Origin: a virus
Lineage: Duplodnaviria; Caudoviricetes
Virus record (IMG/VR): IMGVR_UViG_3300007963_000007
Coordinates: 1 to 59,061 of that record
Strand: one strand, 5' to 3'
Length of the DNA: 59,061 nucleotides
The notes under the pieces are model-generated. The model was not told where the DNA came from. It worked only from the letters and a program-made list of their open reading frames with translations, and ran no database searches. The position numbers were made by a program, and so were the translations under genes. Numbering within the stretch: the first letter of the stretch is position 1; each line of letters begins with the position of its first letter. Positions 42,880 to 53,149 of this stretch are shown here, piece by piece.

Positions 42880-44238
42880 CTATACCCCGGCATCTGCGCC
42901 TTCTTCATCACAATTAGAAGTCGGGCAATCTACAAATCTAATCTCTGTCGAGCCATCGCTAGCAGGTGATTCCAAGAATTTATGGTTACCAGAACCGTGT
43001 GCTTGGTAAACGCTAACAGTGCCAGTTGACCGCAAAACAGAAGTATCTGTGTGGGATACATTTGTAACAGCAGTAGCGCAAGCTATGCTTGTAATTACTG
43101 AGGCATTAGCGGGTGCCGACGAACCACCCCCTACTACCCCCAAAACATAACAACTACCTCCAGTACTGCTACCTGCCGCAGCTACCTCATGGTATTGCAA
43201 GGTAAGTGTCCCATGCCCAGAACACGCACCAACTGACCCTGTCTCGACAGTAACCTCATTAACGACACTTGTAGTGCCTGTTGACGTAACAACGCTAACA
43301 GGTGTTAATTGCCTAGTATATAGTGAAGTGCAAGATAGATTTTTTAGACAAACGGCTAAACCGTCTTCAAACAGCCCCACTCTGTAGGAACCTATGTTCC
43401 ACTCTTTATTATACTCATTACCTTTAATCTCTATCTCGTCCCCATTAGTCGCTACATTTACTTGCGGGGTTCCTTTAAACGGACTGGACAGAGTCTGCCC
43501 CCTGTCGTCTATAGAGCGGAGGTAGTGGAAATCCTCAAGACCGCCCACATACTCTTTGTATACGTTCTCGCCTTCGCCTAGATTTTTTAGGTTGTTGTAA
43601 CCTTTAATCCACCACATAGGGCCTCTATGCCCTTGCACACCCCCATAAAGAGATGTTCCTCGGGGAGGCGTCAGTCTATCGTTCCAATAATTACGATCTA
43701 TCTTGCCATCTTTGACCCAAAACAATGGGATGAAATACAGCCCATTTGACCCAGAGCCTTCTTCATTCTCTGGGATAAAGTTAGTGCTAATAGGAACCTG
43801 ATCACCTTCTGACTTACCTAATACATAATTGTTACCATCTGCATTAGGTATTACGTTCCCATGTGTGTCAGTCATCCAACTAGACCAAACAACACAATTA
43901 GGGTCAACTTTGATATTAAGTTCTTTTAAATCATGGATAATGACATTGTTCGGTTTGCGGGGGTGTATCTCATAAAGATGGGCTTTGGTTATCCACACAA
44001 CCATGTCGCCATCAGGCTCAAACCTATAAGGTTCGTGTTCTTGCCTATAGCGTATATCGTCTTGCTCGATTATCTCGCCATCAGCAGCGGAAAAGCCCCT
44101 TGGTTGGTAGTAATCAAATATAGAGGGGGTAGTAAGAGGCTGTAGGAAAGCATCGGATAAATCTTTAGGGGAGGGAAAATTAATCCCATCGTCTCCCCGA
44201 CCTCCTAAAAACTCGCTTCCTGTAAAGTTTTCAGCCAT
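42880..44238 (-). CDS. Probable tail-associated protein
   Basis: Late operon; S/T/G-rich beta-type C-terminus. Confidence 0.5.
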   Translation of the reverse strand: MAENFTGSEFLGGRGDDGINFPSPKDLSDAFLQPLTTPSIFDYYQPRGFSAADGEIIEQDDIRYRQEHEPYRFEPDGDMVVWITKAHLYEIHPRKPNNVIIHDLKELNIKVDPNCVVWSSWMTDTHGNVIPNADGNNYVLGKSEGDQVPISTNFIPENEEGSGSNGLYFIPLFWVKDGKIDRNYWNDRLTPPRGTSLYGGVQGHRGPMWWIKGYNNLKNLGEGENVYKEYVGGLEDFHYLRSIDDRGQTLSSPFKGTPQVNVATNGDEIEIKGNEYNKEWNIGSYRVGLFEDGLAVCLKNLSCTSLYTRQLTPVSVVTSTGTTSVVNEVTVETGSVGACSGHGTLTLQYHEVAAAGSSTGGSCYVLGVVGGGSSAPANASVITSIACATAVTNVSHTDTSVLRSTGTVSVYQAHGSGNHKFLESPASDGSTEIRFVDCPTSNCDEEGADAGV

Positions 44239-44244
44239 TTACTA

Positions 44245-45492
44245 CTAATATGCAGGTGCGTGGACCGTCCACTTTGTTCTTAGATAACCACCCCGTGCAG
44301 GTTGTTGCTCGTCTCTAGCTACTATAGAGGCGGGGCGTTTGGCGGGTTTAGTTACGGGTACGTTTTTAATGTATACCTGATACTTGTAAACAGGGTCCAC
44401 AGTCCCTGTTGAGCAAACTAACTTACCCCCGTTCATTAAACATGGGGGGACCTGAAGTCTTACATAGGGAGTCCCAAATTGGAAGGACTGAGGCAGCATG
44501 GCTTTTGCTGCTACCGAAGAGAACTTAGTTTTAGACCACTGAATAGTAACTGTGGCTTGGCAAGGGCCACTATACGCTTCAGGTTCCATATGATACTCAG
44601 GAAAAGTCAAAAGTTGCCCGTCATGCTTTTCCCAAGCTACAATTTCTATGAAATCCAAAACAGGAGGCCATGAGTAATTCATAGACGTTTTATAATCTAT
44701 GACATCTATTAGGCCCTCGCCTCCTGTAGTTCCCGCGATTACTTCTTGTTTAACAACCTCAAACCAATCTGCGGATGCTTGTCTACCTTCTCTGTAAGCT
44801 GCGACTGATATGCCGTCAGCAGCAGTTACAGCGGTTTGCCACCAAGCGTTATCTGAGTCTACAACAAGAGCATCTATAGTAGCTTCCTCACCCGTGGGGG
44901 TTTCCCCAGTGTAGTAATAACTCAGTGTGCTTTTCAAATTCCGATTAGAAAGATCGTCCCACTTCAGTGTCTCGATATCTTCACGGACAAAATAGGTCCT
45001 CTGCTCAACAACAAACACGCCATCCAATTCACGATCTCCTATTCTTTTTTGATCGCGCCCCATTAGTATATACCCTTTCCCCGTAAAATTAGCGGCAGTA
45101 GGGGCAGTAGGCATATCAGTTCCTGCTACGACCGCGCTATCGTCTTCAGTAAATTCTGACCGCAGACTAACATACGTCCTAACAACTGTATTAAACTTAG
45201 TTTGACCAAGGCTCGCCTGTGAATACTCAAAGTTATACTCGTCCTGTGATGTCCTCGTATTAGCGTAGTAATACTCGTATAGCTGCCCTTGAGGGTCAGC
45301 TTGTTTTACATGAGCCAATACATGGTTGGGGAACTTATCAGTATCAGGGTGCGGGGTGCCGTAAACAGGCGGCGTATTCCCAACCCTTTGCTTGTCTACT
45401 GTCTCAAAGAACAAAAGATCCTGCACATTCGGGGAGACGAATGTGAGGACGGTCTGCCTCTGAGGGCTAGCTTGGTTCCTTTGAACGGGCAT
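44245..45492 (-). CDS. Probable virion structural protein
   Basis: 415-aa ORF in the tail operon. Confidence 0.55.
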   Translation of the reverse strand: MPVQRNQASPQRQTVLTFVSPNVQDLLFFETVDKQRVGNTPPVYGTPHPDTDKFPNHVLAHVKQADPQGQLYEYYYANTRTSQDEYNFEYSQASLGQTKFNTVVRTYVSLRSEFTEDDSAVVAGTDMPTAPTAANFTGKGYILMGRDQKRIGDRELDGVFVVEQRTYFVREDIETLKWDDLSNRNLKSTLSYYYTGETPTGEEATIDALVVDSDNAWWQTAVTAADGISVAAYREGRQASADWFEVVKQEVIAGTTGGEGLIDVIDYKTSMNYSWPPVLDFIEIVAWEKHDGQLLTFPEYHMEPEAYSGPCQATVTIQWSKTKFSSVAAKAMLPQSFQFGTPYVRLQVPPCLMNGGKLVCSTGTVDPVYKYQVYIKNVPVTKPAKRPASIVARDEQQPARGGYLRTKWTVHAPAY

Positions 45493-45686
45493 TATTCTAC
45501 GGCTTTATCGGGTGAGGTGTGTTCTGGGAGACTGTCATTTTCCAAAGAATTTACTCCTTCGGGGGCAGTAAACTTCTTGGCTAGTTTATGCGCTACTCCA
45601 GCAACAGGCAATCCTCCAGCTTTAACCGCTACATTGAGGACTTGGAGCATTGCGTTTTTTTCATGCTCTGTGAATTCAATTGTCAT
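45492..45686 (-). CDS. Small hypothetical protein (possible fibre chaperone)
   Basis: Coupled to the downstream gene; follows fibre genes. Confidence 0.55.
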   Translation of the reverse strand: MTIEFTEHEKNAMLQVLNVAVKAGGLPVAGVAHKLAKKFTAPEGVNSLENDSLPEHTSPDKAVE

Positions 45687-45719
45687 ATAGCCAGAAAGTA
45701 GAAGGGGTTCAGTTAGATT

Positions 45720-46010
45720 TCAACTATTTTCTTCCGCCAAGTCCGATTGATATTCCTCTGGCTGATGGCTCTGCCGCCACTGCTGATAATAATTTTCATT
45801 CTCTAAAGAAGCCGTTTCTTCGCTAGTAAGTAAAGCGCCCTCATCCTCTATCAGAAGGTAGGAACCACCGTCAGATGTTTCGGCAACAGTAAACGAGTAA
45901 AGATAAACCGTGTCATCTTCTGCTAGCTTAGGCCTCCCTAATTTATCCTCCCAAAGCTCTCTACTTCTTTGCTCGGCGTCACCAATATTTGCGAATTTTA
46001 AATAACGCAT
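45720..46010 (-). CDS. Hypothetical protein (fibre-associated)
   Basis: ATG at 46010, 4 nt after the lectin gene stop. Confidence 0.55.
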   Translation of the reverse strand: MRYLKFANIGDAEQRSRELWEDKLGRPKLAEDDTVYLYSFTVAETSDGGSYLLIEDEGALLTSEETASLENENYYQQWRQSHQPEEYQSDLAEENS

Positions 46011-46014
46011 AGTA

Positions 46015-46971
46015 TTACAAATCAATTTCGTTGTAGACGGCCATGTTTTTTTCTAGTGCGACTTGCAGGGCAGCAGAAAGCTGACTTTCCCAAACAAACG
46101 CTTCTCTACAGGTTCCATCTATAGGGTTTTTGTTGTCTTTCCTCGCTCCGATTCTAAATCTATTCCGATTCCCTATGTGTTTATCTTCGTTGGTGTCTTT
46201 AGTAGTCTCGGTGCCGTTGACTCTAAGTATCTGAGAATTCCCGTCTCCCCCTTGGGCGCTCGCCCTACTGCGGTCATACGATCCTATCACAACCATATTG
46301 GTGTCTGTAGGTTGACTAGCAGCACTTGCTAAGTCATGAGAATCTACAGACACATTATAAGCTACTGAAGTATTTCCAGTCAGTTCCACCCCATCATTAA
46401 AGTTATCTAAATCAACAAGCAGACCCGCCCCCCCACTGAAACTAAATATCTGCCCTGCCCAGACTAAAGTGAAATCGTCAGGACTGTTGGGTAGTCTGTA
46501 GTTGTTTACTTGGAAATAATCACCGTAAGCATAATGCCCCCCCACTGTTTCAAATTTTAAAGCATTTTTAGTCTTGGCCCCCGATACCATTAGAAGGGGT
46601 TGCCTACCTGATGTGGTTTGAACTGCATCTGGTGCAGTAGCATAACCACTCCAAGAGCCGCCCCCAGCTTGTGTGCTGGTATTACCACTTTGATTATACC
46701 ATTTGGGGACTGTAACGTCGCCGCCCCCTGCAAAATCCCGAAGCGTTGACCCTGCACTGGTCATGCTTTCGCTAGTGACTTCTTTATCGTTATAAAACTC
46801 GACATCAGCTTCGGTGCCGCTTGAGTTCCTCACTCTTAACGCATACCCAGTATAAGCGGCACGGAGTTTTCTTAAACTGTATGCCAGCCTAGCAGTGGGC
46901 ATTCCGCTTATGTCAAGAGGGGGGATAACATTTCTCTGGAATAACCCCGACAGTGACGGTCTTATAATCAT
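46015..46971 (-). CDS. Concanavalin A/LamG-like lectin-fold protein, putative receptor-binding
   Basis: AYSLRKLRAAYTGYALRVR...WYNQSGN...Q....QP and LRVNG...IGAR...G...E motifs. Confidence 0.7.
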   Translation of the reverse strand: MIIRPSLSGLFQRNVIPPLDISGMPTARLAYSLRKLRAAYTGYALRVRNSSGTEADVEFYNDKEVTSESMTSAGSTLRDFAGGGDVTVPKWYNQSGNTSTQAGGGSWSGYATAPDAVQTTSGRQPLLMVSGAKTKNALKFETVGGHYAYGDYFQVNNYRLPNSPDDFTLVWAGQIFSFSGGAGLLVDLDNFNDGVELTGNTSVAYNVSVDSHDLASAASQPTDTNMVVIGSYDRSRASAQGGDGNSQILRVNGTETTKDTNEDKHIGNRNRFRIGARKDNKNPIDGTCREAFVWESQLSAALQVALEKNMAVYNEIDL

Positions 46972-49049
46972 GTCAAATTACCAAAGACTGCATAAGTATT
47001 AGACGCGATCCTAACAATAGTCGCAGGTTGATACCCTTGAGCAAGGGTGACCGTGCCATCGGTAGTCCCATTAATCACCATGCTATTTGAGGCAGTTATA
47101 TCGAGGTCAGCATTAGGGTTCACTACAGAAACATTAAACCCTACTCCAAGATCCCCAGTAATTGAGAGGTCATCGAAGTTAGCGTGGGTTCCGCTGATAA
47201 AGGTCCCATTGTCCGCAGCAACTAAAGTATAGTCCGCAGTTTTTTCTGACACACTAACCCCACCTTTGATATCTCCAGTAACGGTAATCGAATCAACGTA
47301 AGCGTCTTTCCATCGAACGCCTGTAGTTCCTAGATCTACATCACTGTCGGACTCAGGGCCAAAAACATTATCTGCAAGATACACCTGCTCTACGTTAGCC
47401 GCGTAAAAGTGAATCTCATCCGCAGTCTCAAAGTCGATCTTTGTCTGGTCGTCTTCCCCGATTTTGATATCAGTAGCTAGTAAGGAAGTAATTCCTGTCT
47501 GCGCGGCGTCTACAGTAAAGTCAATAGTCCCGTCCCCGTCTTCGTAAGCCACAGTAATGCCAGTCTCGGTATTACCCGTTAACATCGCGCCTACGATGTC
47601 TTGGATCTCTTCCGCCGTCTGGTCTGCGGTAGCTCCAGCTTCAATGCCATCTAGTTTAGTGTGGTCGGCAGATGTAAAGTTCTCATCAGTCTGGGAAGCG
47701 ACTACGAAATCTAAAGTGCCATCACTGTCCTCGTAGGTAACTGTAATACCAGTCTCGGTATTACCCGTTACCATTGCGCCTACAAAATCTTGAACTTGTT
47801 CAGCAGAAAGCTGAGTGTTTGTATCGGTCGCGTCAATAACGCCCGAGCTATCAATGCTTATATTTGTCCCCGCAGATATCTCGTTAAGAGTTACGTCTGC
47901 CCCCGCGTCGATACCGTCCAGTTTAGTGTGGTCGGCAGATGTAAAGTTCTCATCAGTTTGAGAAGCAACTACGAAGTCTATCGTGCCGTCTCCGTCTTCG
48001 TAGGTAACAGTAATACCAGTCTCGGTGTTTCCCGTTAACATCGCGCCTACAATGTCTTGAATCTCTTCCGCTGTCTGGTCTGCGGTAGCTCCAGCTTCAA
48101 TACCGTCCAGTTTAGTGTGGTCGGCAGATGTAAAGTTCTCATCAGTTTGAGAAGCGACTACGAAGTCTATCGTGCCGTCTCCGTCTTCGTAGGTAACAGT
48201 AATACCAGTCTCGGTATTTCCCGTTAACATCGCGCCTACGATGTCTTGGATCTCTTCCGCCGTCTGGTCTGCGGTAGCTCCAGCCTCTATACCACTGAGT
48301 TTACTAACCGCTGTATCGAGAGCAGCCCCATCAGCAGAAATATCGCGTCCGTCAACAGTATCGCCAATCGACATGGCTATGTTGCCAGACATGGTCCCCC
48401 CCGCGAGGGGGAGCTTAGTCGCTATCGAATTAGTTACTGTTGTCGAGAACGAGGCGTCATCGCCCAATGCAGCGGCAAGCTCATTTAACGTGTTGAGCGC
48501 CGCAGGACTGGAATCAATTAAATTGGTGATCTGAGTCCCCACATAAGATTGTGTGGCGTAACTTGAAAGGTCTTGGTCTGCGGTAGCTCCAGCTTCAATA
48601 CCGTCCAGTTTAGTGTGATCGGCAGATGTAAAGTTCTCATCAGTTTGAGAAGCAACTACGAAGTCTATCGTGCCGTCTCCGTCTTCGTAGGTAACAGTAA
48701 TACCAGTCTCAGTATTTCCCGTTAACATCGCCCCTACCATGTCTTGAATCTCTTCCGCCGTCTGATCAGCAGTAGCGTTAGCTTCAATACCGTCCAGTTT
48801 AGTGTGGTCGGCAGATGTAAAGTTCTCATCAGTTTGAGAAGCAACAACAAAATCTAAAGTGCCGTCACTGTCCTCGTAGGTAACCGTGATACCCGTCTCG
48901 GTATTACCAGTTACCATGCCCCCTACAACATCTTGAACCTCCTCGTTTTCTACAGGAGGGGTTGTTGTTGAGACGGTAACAGTGTTGTCTGCCTGAGTAA
49001 CCGAGACAGAGTTTGTATTCTGTGTTACAGATACGCTTTCGTTAGCCAT
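46968..49049 (-). CDS. Tail fibre protein with tandem 63-aa repeats
   Basis: Fibre motif LIDSSPAALNTLNELAAALGDD...KLPLAGGTMSG plus six repeat units. Confidence 0.8.
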   Translation of the reverse strand: MANESVSVTQNTNSVSVTQADNTVTVSTTTPPVENEEVQDVVGGMVTGNTETGITVTYEDSDGTLDFVVASQTDENFTSADHTKLDGIEANATADQTAEEIQDMVGAMLTGNTETGITVTYEDGDGTIDFVVASQTDENFTSADHTKLDGIEAGATADQDLSSYATQSYVGTQITNLIDSSPAALNTLNELAAALGDDASFSTTVTNSIATKLPLAGGTMSGNIAMSIGDTVDGRDISADGAALDTAVSKLSGIEAGATADQTAEEIQDIVGAMLTGNTETGITVTYEDGDGTIDFVVASQTDENFTSADHTKLDGIEAGATADQTAEEIQDIVGAMLTGNTETGITVTYEDGDGTIDFVVASQTDENFTSADHTKLDGIDAGADVTLNEISAGTNISIDSSGVIDATDTNTQLSAEQVQDFVGAMVTGNTETGITVTYEDSDGTLDFVVASQTDENFTSADHTKLDGIEAGATADQTAEEIQDIVGAMLTGNTETGITVAYEDGDGTIDFTVDAAQTGITSLLATDIKIGEDDQTKIDFETADEIHFYAANVEQVYLADNVFGPESDSDVDLGTTGVRWKDAYVDSITVTGDIKGGVSVSEKTADYTLVAADNGTFISGTHANFDDLSITGDLGVGFNVSVVNPNADLDITASNSMVINGTTDGTVTLAQGYQPATIVRIASNTYAVFGNLT
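47514..48944 (-). repeat. Six copies of a ~189-bp coding repeat, arranged as three pairs
   Basis: Unit EEIQDIVGAMLTGNTETGITVTYEDGDGTIDFVVASQTDENFTSADHTKLDGIEAGATADQTA; last copy partial. Confidence 0.9.
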
Positions 49050-49450
49050 TATCCTGTAATTTCGGGTAAGATATCAAACGTGAGTCGGATATGGTGGACT
49101 GTTTCGCCAGAGGAATTTAGCGTAATCTTTAAATCCCCATATACCGTTATTGCTTCATTGGGTAGTAGAGTAGCTTGAGCTGTGTTCCACAGAAGCTGAA
49201 TGTTGGGTCCAGCGGAGGATTCGTAGGTCAAAGTAATGCGACTGTCCGCTTCTGCTACCGCTGTGCCACTTGTTGCCCCATGACGTAGTGTGTCAATGAC
49301 ATGCCCCATAAAACTATCCCCACGCTTACGGCGAATAACTAGCTCTGCATCATAGCCCGAGCTAAGATCCAAGGCATCGGAAGCCCCCGCAAGTTTGTAG
49401 GTCACATCTACTGTTTGTTGTTGTCCTCGTTGTAATTGTATATTCGCCAT
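49049..49450 (-). CDS. Probable tail/fibre attachment protein
   Basis: LDLSSGYDAELVIR...YGDLKIT resembles BppU-like adaptor domains; coupled to the fibre gene. Confidence 0.5.
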   Translation of the reverse strand: MANIQLQRGQQQTVDVTYKLAGASDALDLSSGYDAELVIRRKRGDSFMGHVIDTLRHGATSGTAVAEADSRITLTYESSAGPNIQLLWNTAQATLLPNEAITVYGDLKITLNSSGETVHHIRLTFDILPEITG

Positions 49451-49452
49451 AA

Positions 49453-50103
49453 TTATGCTTCAGTTAAAGTGAACCGATAATCAACTGCGGCGATTAGTTT
49501 CACCTCCGTATCGCCAGCATATAAACCCGTTAGATCCTTTGTGGTGGTCCCATCCAACTCATAGACCGTCCCAGTAGTGGAGGCGTCGGAAGTTGTCTTC
49601 ATTATGAAATGAGGACCAGCCGAAGTGTGGACAGTGCCAGTAGACCCCCCACCATTTGCAGTAGCATACATCAGATAAGTCCCCGCTGTTGTGACCGCAG
49701 AATCAAATGTAATTACACCAGCCGTTGTGAATGACGCTACCGGATGGCTCGTCAGGTCGGCTATCTTTGAACGGGCAAAAACTGGGTGATCTCCCCCCAC
49801 AGAAATTAGATTCACTATACCTGCGGGTATGCTTACGTCCCAATTGGTTCCCCCATCCATGCTTAATTCAAGCGCACCTACTGTATTGATATTTACAATA
49901 AGGAGTAATCCTTCTGCTGCATCCAACAACGAAGCATCTAAAGCGGCTCCGTTGTTGCTGTTGTTCGTAGCTCTCCCTCCCCCAGCAGAATAATTAGGTG
50001 CGGGGTTAGCGAATGTTAAAGCAGATGAAGTGGTGTTAAATGTTTCGTTATGGGCATGAGTCCCATACACAAGTCGAACATTCCCAGATATCGAATTTGC
50101 CAT
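49453..50103 (-). CDS. Probable virion structural protein
   Basis: T/A/G-rich; first gene after promoter TTGTAA-N17-TATAGT (50109-50137). Confidence 0.55.
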   Translation of the reverse strand: MANSISGNVRLVYGTHAHNETFNTTSSALTFANPAPNYSAGGGRATNNSNNGAALDASLLDAAEGLLLIVNINTVGALELSMDGGTNWDVSIPAGIVNLISVGGDHPVFARSKIADLTSHPVASFTTAGVITFDSAVTTAGTYLMYATANGGGSTGTVHTSAGPHFIMKTTSDASTTGTVYELDGTTTKDLTGLYAGDTEVKLIAAVDYRFTLTEA

Positions 50104-50192
50104 GCGTAACTATAGAATTAAGTCAACAAAATTACAAGCGTCACATCATGACTAAATAGTTGACTTGAAGAAACTATATCTGAATATCAGGT

Positions 50193-50915
50193 ATGCCGAC
50201 TAAGCATCACAAAATATTTATCGCTACTCCCGCATTCGGACATCAAGCGTTTATTGCCTACGTCAATGGGCTAATTAAATTTATGTCCACCCCTGTTCCA
50301 GAAGACCTTAGCTATGAAACGGTTGTCCATTTACACGCAGGGTCGGCAAATATTTCGCACGCACGAAACAATTGTGTCCGTGCTTTCTTAAAGTCTGACT
50401 GCACTAAGATGCTGTTTATCGACGCAGACATAGGGTTTGCCCCCGAAAACATCCACAACTTGTTGAGAAAGGATGAAGACGTAATGATGGCCCCATACTT
50501 AGCAAAGAGTGTTCAGGGGGTAGAGGGGGGCAGGTTCATAATTCATTTCCCCGAAAAACGGCCTATTGAGGTGGACGAGGACGGGTTTACCAAAATTGAT
50601 GCAGGTCCTGCTGGGTTCTTAATGATAGACCGAAGTGCCTTTACAAAAATAATGGAGAAATTCCCCGATAAAGAAGTCCCGTTAAAGCAGGTTCTGAGCG
50701 ACAAATTTATTGAGTTGAAGGACTTCTACACGTTCTTTGACTGCATAACCACCAAAGAGCATGGGGCTATGGGGGAAGACATATCTTTCTGCCACTTGTG
50801 GAAGTCAACAGGTGGGGAAATATATTGCGACACAAGGGCTGTGCTAATCCATTGTGGCATTACTCACTTCACTTCTTCGCTTAAAAGGACAATTGAAGCA
50901 AGTAACGCGCAGTAA
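50193..50915 (+). CDS. GT-A fold glycosyltransferase
   Basis: IFIATP, ISHARN, LFIDADIGF (DxD), AGFLMIDR, GEDISFC...GGEIY.D...L.H.G. Confidence 0.8.
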   Translation: MPTKHHKIFIATPAFGHQAFIAYVNGLIKFMSTPVPEDLSYETVVHLHAGSANISHARNNCVRAFLKSDCTKMLFIDADIGFAPENIHNLLRKDEDVMMAPYLAKSVQGVEGGRFIIHFPEKRPIEVDEDGFTKIDAGPAGFLMIDRSAFTKIMEKFPDKEVPLKQVLSDKFIELKDFYTFFDCITTKEHGAMGEDISFCHLWKSTGGEIYCDTRAVLIHCGITHFTSSLKRTIEASNAQ

Positions 50916-50916
50916 A

Positions 50917-51666
50917 TTATTTCAATACAGATTTTCTGCCATACATATACAGGGCGAATCGGTCTGGATCTTCCGCTGCCATCCTTCGTAGCCGTGGGTC
51001 ACTATCAATAGTGTCTTTAATACGCTGCATTTTTTCTCGGTCCATGGAGGAGTTAGGATCAAACGTATCCCCCATAACGATATTAAACACAGATTCAAGA
51101 TCCACATTGACTTTCTCTGCTTCTGTTTCTTCCGCAACAGCGACCTCTTCAGGAGTAGGTTCTTTGTCTCCTTCATCGGCCATTATCTCTTCAGCCATTT
51201 CAGTTGCTTTAGGGGCAACGGGCGCTTGAGAAACTTCTTCAGCAGGAGTTTCCGGTTCTGCTGCTTCAGGTGCCATATCCTGTTTTATTTCCCCTAACTC
51301 TTCTTCCGAAGGAGGGGCAGGGTCTGCTGCGGGAGCAGGTTGCTCTTCGGGGTCGGGGGTTTGTTGCGCTCCATAACGTATGGGGTTTTCTCCTCCTTCT
51401 GCCATACCTACTTCTTTACGAGGGTCGGCGTCAGTAACGGGGTCGTCTGAAGCTAGTGCTTCTCTCGGATCATTAAGTCTCCTTAACATTTCTTTTACTG
51501 ACATATCCCCTTCATCTCCTTCTGCCCCTGCTGGTTCCCCTGCTTGAGGAACTACTTCGTCAAAGAAGGCTTTTCTAATTCCTCCTACGTTGATACCTGC
51601 TTTTTCTAGTGAACCAATCAAGGACTCTATACTAGCAAGGTTTTCCTTTAGTGTTTTATCTGCCAT
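50917..51666 (-). CDS. Acidic, Pro/Glu-rich hypothetical protein
   Basis: 249-aa ORF downstream of the capsid gene terminator. Confidence 0.6.
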   Translation of the reverse strand: MADKTLKENLASIESLIGSLEKAGINVGGIRKAFFDEVVPQAGEPAGAEGDEGDMSVKEMLRRLNDPREALASDDPVTDADPRKEVGMAEGGENPIRYGAQQTPDPEEQPAPAADPAPPSEEELGEIKQDMAPEAAEPETPAEEVSQAPVAPKATEMAEEIMADEGDKEPTPEEVAVAEETEAEKVNVDLESVFNIVMGDTFDPNSSMDREKMQRIKDTIDSDPRLRRMAAEDPDRFALYMYGRKSVLK

Positions 51667-51677
51667 TGTTCTTTTAA

Positions 51678-51715
51678 GAAATGCGGGGCAGTGATCCGAA
51701 AACCACTGCCCCGCG
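51678..51715 (-). terminator. Intrinsic terminator after major capsid gene
   Basis: GCGGGGCAGTG/CACTGCCCCGC stem followed by ATTTCTT on the minus strand. Confidence 0.75.
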
Positions 51716-51737
51716 AGTTATGAGTGGAATTTATAAA

Positions 51738-53129
51738 TTAAACTCCAGCGGCAGTTGTGTTGCGCTTAAAGATGATCGTGTAACCGAAGTCGGTCTTGAT
51801 CGGCTTAGAAGCGGAAGCAAGGACACCACGGAAGAATCCGATTGTCCCATCTGGATTCGCTGCCTCTGACAAGATATTCTTCCACTTAAAGTCTCCTTGA
51901 TAAGAGACGGGGTCGAATGTCACGCCACCAGCACCACTGAAGGGTTGCGGAATCTGGGATTCAAACACTTCAGGGTGGATTACGAATGCGGCTTCAAACG
52001 GAGCGTTATCGTAATCGGCGTTGTCTGTGACAATACCGTTAGTGACCTTGTAGGGATATACAACGTCGAGGGTGTTGCCAGCGGACTGACCGCTACCAAG
52101 TGCGACTGCGTAACGAGGAGTGAGGTCGTCAATCAGGTGGTAGAAACCACGGAAGGACTTCTCAACTCCGAGCGGAGCAATCAACTCGGACACGCGAGCG
52201 TTGTTGTAACGAATGTCATCTCGGAAAGCGGTGCTTTCGGTCATCAGACCGTAAGAAGCCTCCGACGAACAAACGAGGGCAAATACTGGGCGACCGTTTT
52301 CACGGCCATAAGCATTGCGTCCCGCTCCTTTGCGGACCAACTGGTTGTAGACTTTATCCAACACTGCATTGGAGATATCACCAGTAACACCAGAAGCGGT
52401 GTCATCGGATACGCCAGCAGATGCATCATCTACAGTTCCAACAGCGGTGTTTCCAGAGACACCATCCTGATCCCTCAGAAGGTCACCTTCATTACCCGTG
52501 CTGAAATATGTGCCACTGGTGCGACAAGCTACGGTGTTGTCGGAAAGACGGTCGAACTCGTCACGGTAACGGGTTTCCCAAGTCCACCGAGTAGCCTCGG
52601 CAAGGGAATCCATTACAGCACGAAGCTGTTCTTGGCGGTGTGCGGCGTAACGCAAGTCGTCAACATTGATGCGAGGCGACTCAAGAACCGACCGCTTGAT
52701 GTTGTATTGCTTGATTACCTTACTGAAGTTGACGTATCCACGCCTGTCTCCAGAAGTCCCAAGGTTAGTTCCTCCGGGGCCATTGGCACCTTGGACCTGA
52801 TCGGCTGCGTCAGCAATAGGCTGATCGAGCATGGAAGAACCAAACTCGTTAGCTGCTGCCACAAGGCCAACATCGTCCCAGTTAGCTCCGAGAACATCCC
52901 CATCATCGTCAGTAGTTGGGAGCGCACGGTCGTATACCAAAGTGGTAAGTTTGTAGCCCATCCCATCAGGGAAGGACGATTTTTTCACAAGATCAATCCA
53001 AGGGGAAGTGTGGTTAACGCGCTTATGGATATCAGATCCAATACGGTTAGCCTCTTCAGCAAGGATTGTATCGATAGCAGTTGATGACGCAGTTGTGAAA
53101 TCTGCGGTTGCTGAATCTCTAGAAGCCAT
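51738..53129 (-). CDS. Major capsid protein
   Basis: 463 aa; portal-scaffold-capsid order; own promoter and downstream terminator; assignment mainly by synteny. Confidence 0.75.
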   Translation of the reverse strand: MASRDSATADFTTASSTAIDTILAEEANRIGSDIHKRVNHTSPWIDLVKKSSFPDGMGYKLTTLVYDRALPTTDDDGDVLGANWDDVGLVAAANEFGSSMLDQPIADAADQVQGANGPGGTNLGTSGDRRGYVNFSKVIKQYNIKRSVLESPRINVDDLRYAAHRQEQLRAVMDSLAEATRWTWETRYRDEFDRLSDNTVACRTSGTYFSTGNEGDLLRDQDGVSGNTAVGTVDDASAGVSDDTASGVTGDISNAVLDKVYNQLVRKGAGRNAYGRENGRPVFALVCSSEASYGLMTESTAFRDDIRYNNARVSELIAPLGVEKSFRGFYHLIDDLTPRYAVALGSGQSAGNTLDVVYPYKVTNGIVTDNADYDNAPFEAAFVIHPEVFESQIPQPFSGAGGVTFDPVSYQGDFKWKNILSEAANPDGTIGFFRGVLASASKPIKTDFGYTIIFKRNTTAAGV

Positions 53130-53149
53130 TGTTCAAAAAAAGTAAAAAT

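Noticed and set aside
47514-48944. Fibre repeats as a diversity-generating retroelement template/variable pair
   Set aside because: All copies are in-frame coding units with mostly synonymous differences, and no reverse transcriptase is present.
51897-53084. 395-aa ORF antisense to the capsid gene
   Set aside because: Fully overlaps the capsid gene on the opposite strand, has no recognisable motifs, and is explained by codon bias of a highly expressed gene.
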